A DNA stretch of 44,174 nucleotides. Source: a virus (lineage: Duplodnaviria; Caudoviricetes). The notes under the pieces are model-generated. The model did no database searches, was not told the DNA's origin, and saw nothing but the letters and a program-made list of their open reading frames with translations. This document shows positions 36,164 through 44,174 of the stretch, one piece after another. Numbering within the stretch: the stretch's first letter is position 1; the number at the start of each line of letters is the position of its first letter. Location: positions 1-44,174 of IMG/VR virus record IMGVR_UViG_3300020045_010366; one strand, 5' to 3'. The position numbers and the translations under genes were made by a program.

Positions 36164-37309
36164 TTAAAATACATCTTCTACTATCGTTTGTTGTGCTGTT
36201 GGTTCTTCTTGGATTGTGGCATTCTCCCAATCAATAATAAAACTCATTCTATTATTTATTCTGGATGACGATGCTTGAGGAGTAATTAAATCAAAAAGCT
36301 CGTGATTTAAAGAAAACATAGGAGTTGATGATTGATTTATTAACATACTATTCATTTGTTCTCTATATAATATATCTTGTTTTATTTTATACAAAATACT
36401 TTTATATGTAGACCTAGATACCGCTCTATTATTTAATAGTTGAAACTCTGAGTAATAAGTTAAATTCATTGTAATTCAAATAAGCTGTATTTCTCAATCT
36501 ATATTATCTATATTTGTTAATACTAAAGGAATTTTATATGTATTATTATTATACGAAACAAATCAATCCCAACCTGTTTTATTTTGCTTTACTATTCATA
36601 CTTTTTCCTCATATTTATCTATTAATTTTGTAAAAAAATCAATAGGAGAAACAAGTTCTCTTCTAAAAATATCCTTGTTTTCTATTTCTTTTAACAGGTC
36701 TATTAATTTTCAATTAAAAACAAAATCATTAGGAACTATTCTAAGTTCTAAACTCTTAGGTTTTCATTGAGAAGTTTCTCAACTAATAAACACAGGAACA
36801 TATTTATTTTTATCTCTTGTGTTTTGATAAATATCTAAATAATATCATCTTCTCTTTAATGTTTCTATCCATAAATGATTATGATTATGTGACCAATATC
36901 ACCATATTTGGTGTCATTTAATTAGTCTTAATAGTCATAATTCACTAATTGTATCTATATTTTCTATGATAAAGCTCATCACTCAACTTAGCAATTTATC
37001 TTTAGGCATTGATAGTTTATCAAAAAAATGTATATGAGTTCACACAAAAGCTGGGCTTTGTCCATTTATTTCAAAACCATATTTTTCTTTTTGATTTTTT
37101 AAATATTCTACCACCTCATTCACCATATCATCACTATTATCAAAAGGGAAAAAGTTATATTCAATAGTTGTATTATAATATTCTTGACTAAGCTTAACTC
37201 ATAAGTTTCATATATCTTTAAACTTTTCAAGAGAAAGATTTTCTTCCTCAGCTATTGTATAATATTCATACCCTACTCAATTTAATTCCACCTCAATTCA
37301 TATTTTCAT
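36164..37309 (-). CDS. Amidoligase (COOH-NH2 ligase), divergent copy 3
   Basis: MKIGIEVEL, TIEYN, VGTHIHF, LELRIVPN. Confidence 0.75.
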
Positions 37310-37349
37310 ATATATAATTTATGTAATAATTTTATTTAAATTGTAAATT

Positions 37350-38444
37350 TTATAAAAAATATTTTAAAGCATTTGACTGAAAAGTATTTTTAAATAAATA
37401 TACAGGATAATCAACTCCCCACGTATCTTTAAATGGTTCTCAATCATATATATAGAAATATTCACACATATAAGCTTCAAATACTTCTTCCCAATAAGGA
37501 GCTGTATAAACATATTTTTTTCTTTCAAAGAAATTTAGAATATTTTGTTTTTCTAATTCATAGTCCCATTTATTTTCATTAGGAAGGTCTACATCAAAAG
37601 CATATTCAAACCTTAACTTTTTATCCATCACTTTCAATAAGTCTCTAACATCATCTTCTTCTTTTTCTTTTTCTGTAGGCGTTACAGGTGGAAGAGAAAG
37701 AGGCGGAGTGTATGAACGATATAAATAACCTTGTCAATTAGTTAAATAAGGATATTCAATGGGGCTTTGCGTCCTTTCTTGATATGAATAAACCACTCTT
37801 TTATAAAACTTTTTCTCATTTAATTCTTTAAAAGTATTTTTTATTATCAATCAATTTAAATCCATTATTATATATCACTTATTTTCATATCATTCTTTTT
37901 TTCAAGGGGAGTAGTTTGTAATGCTCACCACTCTATTTCAATAGATATTAATAAAGCTTTCTCTATATCAATCACTATAAAATAGTATTTTATCGTCGCT
38001 TATTACGACTATATTTCAAAAATAATCTGATATATATTCTTTAACAAGTCTTTCTAGTTCTATTGCACAATCACTAATTGTATTACATTCGTCATCTAAA
38101 TGACATAATAAATTATGACTATCCACTTCTTTTTTATAGGTTTCTTTTAATGCTCTATGAAGAGCTTTACAAGTTCAATTTTGAGCTAATATAAATTTCT
38201 TTCATACAAATGGATGAGTATTTTCTAAGCTAGCTTCTCAAACCGATGCTTGTCTATTATGAAGAACAGAAAGTCATTGAAATGATTTTTTACGAAGAAA
38301 ATTCTTATATCATCTATAAGAATATCAACTTGCTCTATAAACAATTCATCAGTTCCATACTCAAACGCCATCTAATCATCTATCTTGATGATTTGATAAT
38401 ATTTCTTTTAATTTAAATCATTGAGCTATTGCTATTCAACACAT
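37350..38444 (-). CDS. Class II glutamine amidotransferase, copy 2
   Basis: MCGI, DRGLDGVG, HNRQAS, NTHPF, AQNGT, DSH. Confidence 0.88.
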
Positions 38445-38455
38445 TATTTTATAGT

Positions 38456-39262
38456 TTAATTATAAACGGAGTGTAATATTTGTTTTTCAAATATCTATTT
38501 TTCTAATTCATCACATTGTTTTCTTAGATAAGCAATGATATTCTTTTCTTCTGCCACATCTATTTCATAAGCCTTAATTATTCTCTTAATTACATTTATT
38601 TTTTTTCTAATTGTTGGATAAGAAATATGTAATATAGATAAAAATTCTACACTTTTTTCATTTATTACATTCAATGCTTGTTCTTTTGTATTTCAAACAT
38701 TTGTGATAAAGAACCTTATTAAAGCAAGTCTAAACCTCACTTGATTCAAGCTTCTTAATATAGGAAAAATTCTAAATTCTACTGTTCTTTCTCTAACTCA
38801 CACATCAACACTATGAGAATATTTACTATTAAATCTATTAGAATAATTTCTTAACGCTCTTTGTGGATATAATCCCCATAGTACAGGTCTAAATCATTCT
38901 ATATTATTATAAATTTTGTCTGTATTTTTTCCTTCAATAGAAATGTGTATGTGTCATCAACATCTATTACTATTATTAGTTCAATTTAAAACAAAGCTAT
39001 ATTTTTCAATAAACTCATATGCTTTATTCATATCTAATATAGGCGTAATATATTCTCATCCTCTAACACTTCCATCTCTTTCACATCTCCATCAATCATT
39101 TTGTAATATTACACAATGCTCATAAGAAAGAAATGAGTCCCTTTCAATTTCAAACCCTACCTTTATTTTTCATCATTCAGATAAGTCTAAGTCTCTACTG
39201 CTTCTATTTACTAAATTATAACTATGATATCATTGTAAGATATCAGAACAATTTAAAGTCAT
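38456..39262 (-). CDS. Amidoligase, copy 2
   Basis: VGFEIE, DGSVRGGEYITP, CGGHIHIS, RTVEFRIFP. Confidence 0.88.
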
Positions 39263-39296
39263 AAAAATTTAATTAAAAAATATTAGTTTCTAAAGG

Positions 39297-40127
39297 TTAA
39301 TTTCTAAAAGAGAAGCTATCATCTATTTCCTTTCCATATAAAGAGGAAAGACAATTAATAACATTATTATGCCAATTATCTTCACTAGAGGCATATATTT
39401 TTCATTCCTTATTACCATACCTAGAAAGGTCTTTTACCTCTGTATACTCATTTAAATACTTATTATTAAGGGTTTGTGCTATAGCCTCTATGCCCTGTAT
39501 CGGCGAATCGAAGTGTACCTTGTCTCATCTATCATTATTTCACACATTACCAAAATTGTTTTTTGTTTTAAGTGCTTGTCATAAAGAGCTATCAGCCTTT
39601 GCTATACATATTAAAATAGGTGTTTTTAGTTTATATTTTTCCCCCACTCTTTGCCACCTTTTTTCTAATACATCTTCCCCTCTTCAATAAGATAATAAAA
39701 GCTCATTCATTCTTTCTTCTGTCTTATTTGCTATTAAAGGAATAAAAGCTTGACTTTGTCCATCTTTATTCACCTTCCATTTTTCAACTATATCTAATTG
39801 AGTTTCTAATATATCATTACATTTAATCGGCTCGACCACCGTATTATAATGAGCATAATTATAATCAACACATTTAGTTAATATGTTTTTTCTAGTTGAT
39901 AAACTAGCTATTTCCCTATTAATATTATTAATATTAATAGTATCTTTTTGATAATATTCTTTTCTTATGTTATTATACTTAATAGTAATTTTATTTACTA
40001 TTTCTTGGTCATTATCTGCCAACACTATTTTCATTCATAAAATAATTATTCATAATATGATAAAGAACAATATTATATTTCTATCTTTACTTTTCATAAA
40101 GCTTTCTATAAAGGTTAGTTTTTTCAT
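39297..40127 (-). CDS. Membrane-anchored glucosaminidase (GH73-like)
   Basis: N-terminal TM IILFFIILGIIILGM, coiled coil, CIAKADSSLG..NNFGNV..FDS..GIEAIA..YASSEDNW. Confidence 0.7.
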
Positions 40128-40147
40128 ACTTGGTTTTAAAAAATAAA

Positions 40148-40450
40148 TTAAAAGCTATTTAACACTTTTCATAATAAATAAGCTCATCAAGCTACTCACA
40201 CTGCTGTTTGTATTCAATCACCCACTGTAGTTTGTTGATTTTTTAGTTCTTGTACCTTCACTTCCACTGGTTTGTTTGCCTCTATTTGAGCCTGTATTTT
40301 CATAGCCTCTAATTGATAAGTTCTGTCTTTTTCAACTTGTTCTTGTGCTATTTTTTGCTGTTCTAATTGATAATCTAAACATTCCTTAGTTTTGCATCAA
40401 CAACTTGTTAATGTTAGCAATATAAATATTACTATAAATATTTTTTTCAT
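40148..40450 (-). CDS. Lipoprotein with C-terminal Gly-rich hydrophobic helix
   Basis: MKKIFIVIFILLTLTSC lipobox; Q/E coiled coil; TAVGVAGGAYLLGKVL. Confidence 0.75.
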
Positions 40451-40468
40451 ATATTAAATATTAATAAA

Positions 40469-41173
40469 TTAAATCCCACCTTTTAACCACATAGGTAGAC
40501 TAACGTCTTCATCTGCTACCCTTTCATACCGTTCATCCTCTATTTGCTTTGAAGATTTTATGCTTATTTCTCCTACGCTTTCATCAATCCAATCATCATC
40601 AACTTTTTTTTTACCCCAATTTAATAAAGGGGTATATACCTTATATCAACTATTACTATACCAACTATTTCAGTCCCAATGTCATAGTTTTTCATTTATT
40701 ATAAAATAATCTCTTCCATTAGCAATGATAAATTTATTACTACCACCAGCAATTTTTAACATTATTTCAACAAATGTTGTAGTAAATATTTTATTGGTTG
40801 GTGTTCTGCTTTCACTAAAAAATAATGCAAGTTCACTTGTATCACTTTCACCTTCTCTAGGAGTAATACTTATTATTCAATTATGAAATAGATAAGTAGA
40901 TTTATTTAAATTAAAAGGATGAACTAAGTGTTCATTTTTTGGTCAAGCTGTTCACCATCTGAAATGACCTATAAGAATTGTATAAGGCTTTGCTATAGCT
41001 TCAAAATAAGCATTAATACTTTCTTGTAAATTTAATGATTTAAATATTGTTACATTTCAAAATTCATCTGAAATATACATTCAAAAACCATCTCTATTTG
41101 TTCTCCAAGCCTCATTAAATTCTTCAACAGTAAATGTTCTTGTATTATCTTTTTGCATAAAAAGTAGACACAT
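40469..41173 (-). CDS. Class II glutamine amidotransferase, copy 1
   Basis: MCLLF, NRDGFG, GHFRWGTAG, VHPF, FHNGI, SDT. Confidence 0.88.
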
Positions 41174-41199
41174 ATTTTTATATTAGTTAAAAATTAATA

Positions 41200-41310
41200 T
41201 TAGTTTATTTCTTTAAATGGTATTCCATAATCACAAAGTTCTCTTTCTATCATATCTTCCCATTCGTCATCCAATTCTATAGTTCTATCTTTAAATTTAA
41301 TAATAATCAT
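41200..41310 (-). CDS. Small acidic peptide
   Basis: 36-aa ORF with AGAGGA upstream. Confidence 0.4.
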   Translation of the reverse strand: MIIIKFKDRTIELDDEWEDMIERELCDYGIPFKEIN

Positions 41311-41342
41311 ATAAAATATAATTAAGTGATAGAGGAAGAGAC

Positions 41343-42485
41343 TTATTTATTAAGTCTATTACACTGTTCTTGTAAATAATTTGTAATACTTTCTTGTGTC
41401 TGTGGGTCAATTTCATAAGCCTCAATAATTCTTTTTAATATTTCTTGCTTTCTTTCTAATGTATCATATACAGTATGTAATATTTGGATAAATTCTACAC
41501 TTTTACAATTTATTATATTCAATGCTTGTTCTTTTGTTTGACAAGGATTTGTGATAAAGAACTTCAACATTCATATTCTAAATTTAGCTTGGTCTAAACT
41601 ATCTAAAGCTGGAAATATTCTCACTTCGATAGTCTTATAATTACTTCATAAACTAAAATCAGCTCTTCTTCCATTCACTGAATTGTTTTTACCACACCGT
41701 GCGCTTCTGGCTCTATCTGGATAAATAGCCCATAATATGGGTCTATAATGTTTTATATCATTATAAAAACTTTCTCTATCATTATAATTTTTATTAGCTA
41801 TATGTATGTGTCATCAACAACTACCAGAGCTTTCTAAATCAAATAGTTTTTGAAATTTATCTTGTGATAAATATTCTATTGCCTTATCTATATCTAATAT
41901 AGGAGTACAATGTTCTCCCCCTTCAATACTTCCATCGCTATGAATAGCCCAGCCTTGAAAATCCCTATTGTATTCACCATTACTAAGCCGTTCAGCTTTT
42001 TCTATTTCTAATCAAATAGTTATTTCAGCTCACTCACTAAGGTCAGAAAAACCATAAATAGACGGGTGTTCATCATCATCATCATCATACTCATCATCAT
42101 CATCATCATCATCATACTCATCATACATATTGTCATACTCTTCTTCCTCTTCATAGTTTTGGTCTTCTGCATACCCCCAATTGGTATTGAATAATCATTC
42201 TCTACTTAAAAACCGTCTTCAAGTATCAACCGCTTTAGTTAATAAATCAAAACTAGTGTATAGCTCATTAGTATCAGTCGCTAAATACGTATTTGTATTT
42301 AATCAAACAATACCACTATCAACTGTTGTTTTGTAGTGTCATTCTTTGTAATATTTTCTATCGTATCTACTACCTTTATAAATTACACCGTTGTAATTTA
42401 TGTCTGAAAAGTTTTTACGTAAAGCATCACCCACTTCCACATCCACCATTCATAATGGATATAAATTCAACTGCAATGTTCTCAT
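41343..42485 (-). CDS. Amidoligase, copy 1, with N-terminal extension and poly-Asp linker
   Basis: IGLEIE, DGSIEGGEHCTP, CGGHIHIA, TIEVRIFP. Confidence 0.88.
42070..42152. repeat. (TCA)n microsatellite encoding an Asp/Glu/Tyr tract
   Basis: Reads EEEEYDNMYDEYDDDDDDEYDDDDE on the minus strand. Confidence 0.8.
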
Positions 42486-42507
42486 AATAAAAAATTAAAA
42501 TATAAAA

Positions 42508-42900
42508 TTAGTCATTAAAATAAGTATCAGAAAAATATATCTCATCAACTTCCACCTTAACATTATAACACATATCTCATTGTACAATAACTCAACTTGA
42601 TGAGGATTTTCAACAATATTTTCTAAAGCCCTCTATATTATTACTATAAACATCAACTAATCATCTCTTTTCTATTTCTTTTTTAATTCTTCTATCTAAC
42701 TCTTCTTCTTTTTTTGCCTCTTCTCTTTTTTCTATTTGTCTCACTCTTATTTCTAAATTATCAAAAGAGGATATACTTATATTATCTTTTTCTAATTTAT
42801 CCACTTTTATGTTTATATCTTTAGATACAATATCTAAACAATAAACTCATACGATAGATAAAAATACAAGTAAGGATAAAAAATTTAAATATGTTTTCAT
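42508..42900 (-). CDS. Signal-anchor coiled-coil protein
   Basis: Hydrophobic N-terminus FLSLLVFLSIVGVYCL; 130 aa. Confidence 0.6.
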
Positions 42901-42987
42901 TATTATTTTCAATTAAAAAAAATAAATTAATCAAGTTTTATCACTTCCCCATTATGAGCTATTTTTACAACACATCAACCCCCAGTT

Positions 42988-43152
42988 TTAAACTGGCAAG
43001 AGTGATTTACGAAATTTTCTAAACTTATTATATTCCATTTTTACACTCCATTTATCTTCTCATTTCTTATATATAAATATAGTATTACACCGTTTTTCTA
43101 CTCTATATTTCTCATAAAAATCCATTTCACTAGTAATTAAATTCTTTTCCAT
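42988..43152 (-). CDS. Hypothetical protein
   Basis: 54-aa ORF. Confidence 0.4.
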
Positions 43153-43394
43153 TTATTTTTACTTAAATAAATAAAATGTAATTTACTACGTAAATTTAGC
43201 TTTGCTCTACGGTCTGTTTTATACATTAACAGATTATTCATAAATAATATAAGCTATTTTTGTTGTTCACTTCTATAATAGCTTCATTATAACTACCTAC
43301 TTTCTTTTCAAACTGTATTCCGTTTACAAATAAGCTCTTAATTGTGAACCCTTTTAATTTTTTCATATAGTTTTATGATAAAGGAATATAAATA

Positions 43395-43889
43395 TTATAA
43401 TCAAATTCAATTAGGGTGATTAAGTTCTATACGTTCTTGTAGATTTCTTTTAATCTCTTCACTCATCTCATTCAATTCTTCTACTGTTTTATTTTCTATC
43501 TCATCATATTTATAATTATTATAACAAATTAACTCCACCTGTAAGCCTGTTTTTATTTGTCTTGTTGCTTTCTCTATATCCTGCTCAGTTTCAAATATAT
43601 TTAATTTCATTGCTTTTGAAAAGGTTTCATAATTATATATATTATAACAATAAGTATTTATATATCCTGTTTCCTTATCTTTATACAGTCTACAATAATT
43701 ATAATATACACTCTTTTTTACTTTATTTTCTTTTCCGTTCTTTGGATTAATAGTTTGTTTACATATTCTATGTCAATTTTTATTTTTCTCTATCCATATA
43801 AACATACTTGTTTTTAATCTAAATCAATATGGATAATCTGTTATTTCATAAGCTTCTTCTCTAGTGTATACATTTTTTAATAGTTCCAT
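43395..43889 (-). CDS. Phage hypothetical protein
   Basis: DYPYGFRLKT..WIE..GHR..QTINPKNG..KKSVY; 164 aa. Confidence 0.65.
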
Positions 43890-44174
43890 ATTTATGGTAT
43901 TAAATGATAAAGGACTTTCCTTTTTAATTGTCAAACATATCATTATATATATTTATTATATTATAAGTAAATCTACCGCTTATTCATAGTTTTTCTTTTA
44001 TAAACTCATAACTTTCGTCGTCCTTATTTATAATAGAATTAATAAATCAACCACCATAAGGGTATCATTTTCTCTTCACCCTAAATTTAAGTGTACGACT
44101 ATCATATTCTCAAAAATTAAATTAATTTATTCTATCATCAAAATCTTCTAAATCAAAATTAGTTTCGACCACTT

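Noticed and set aside
43226-43366. Type IV pilin-like leader MKKLKGFT
   Set aside because: No Glu+5 and no hydrophobic helix follows

Overview
AT-rich, gene-dense, near-complete genome of a short-tailed (podovirus-like) dsDNA phage in which TGA codes for Gly (genetic code 25). That code points to a Gracilibacteria/Absconditabacteria (CPR) host, and it makes the supplied standard-code ORF track mostly fragments and antisense shadows. All proteins below are my hand translations with TGA=Gly. Plus strand (1-23.9 kb): terminase, portal, scaffold, capsid, fibres, a holin/phospholipase A2/Cys-peptidase cassette, tail hub and two large ejection proteins. Minus strand (24-44 kb), converging on a long inverted repeat: a stand-alone NrdD glycyl-radical fragment, several HNH nucleases, an exonuclease split in frame by an HNH gene, a tRNA array with atypical tRNAs plus a structured non-coding block, SSB, guanylate kinase, primase-helicase, a lambda-O-like initiator with iterons, and an apparently triplicated amidoligase + class II glutamine amidotransferase locus interleaved with a lipoprotein and a membrane-anchored glucosaminidase. 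I saw no integrase, DNA polymerase or CRISPR array.
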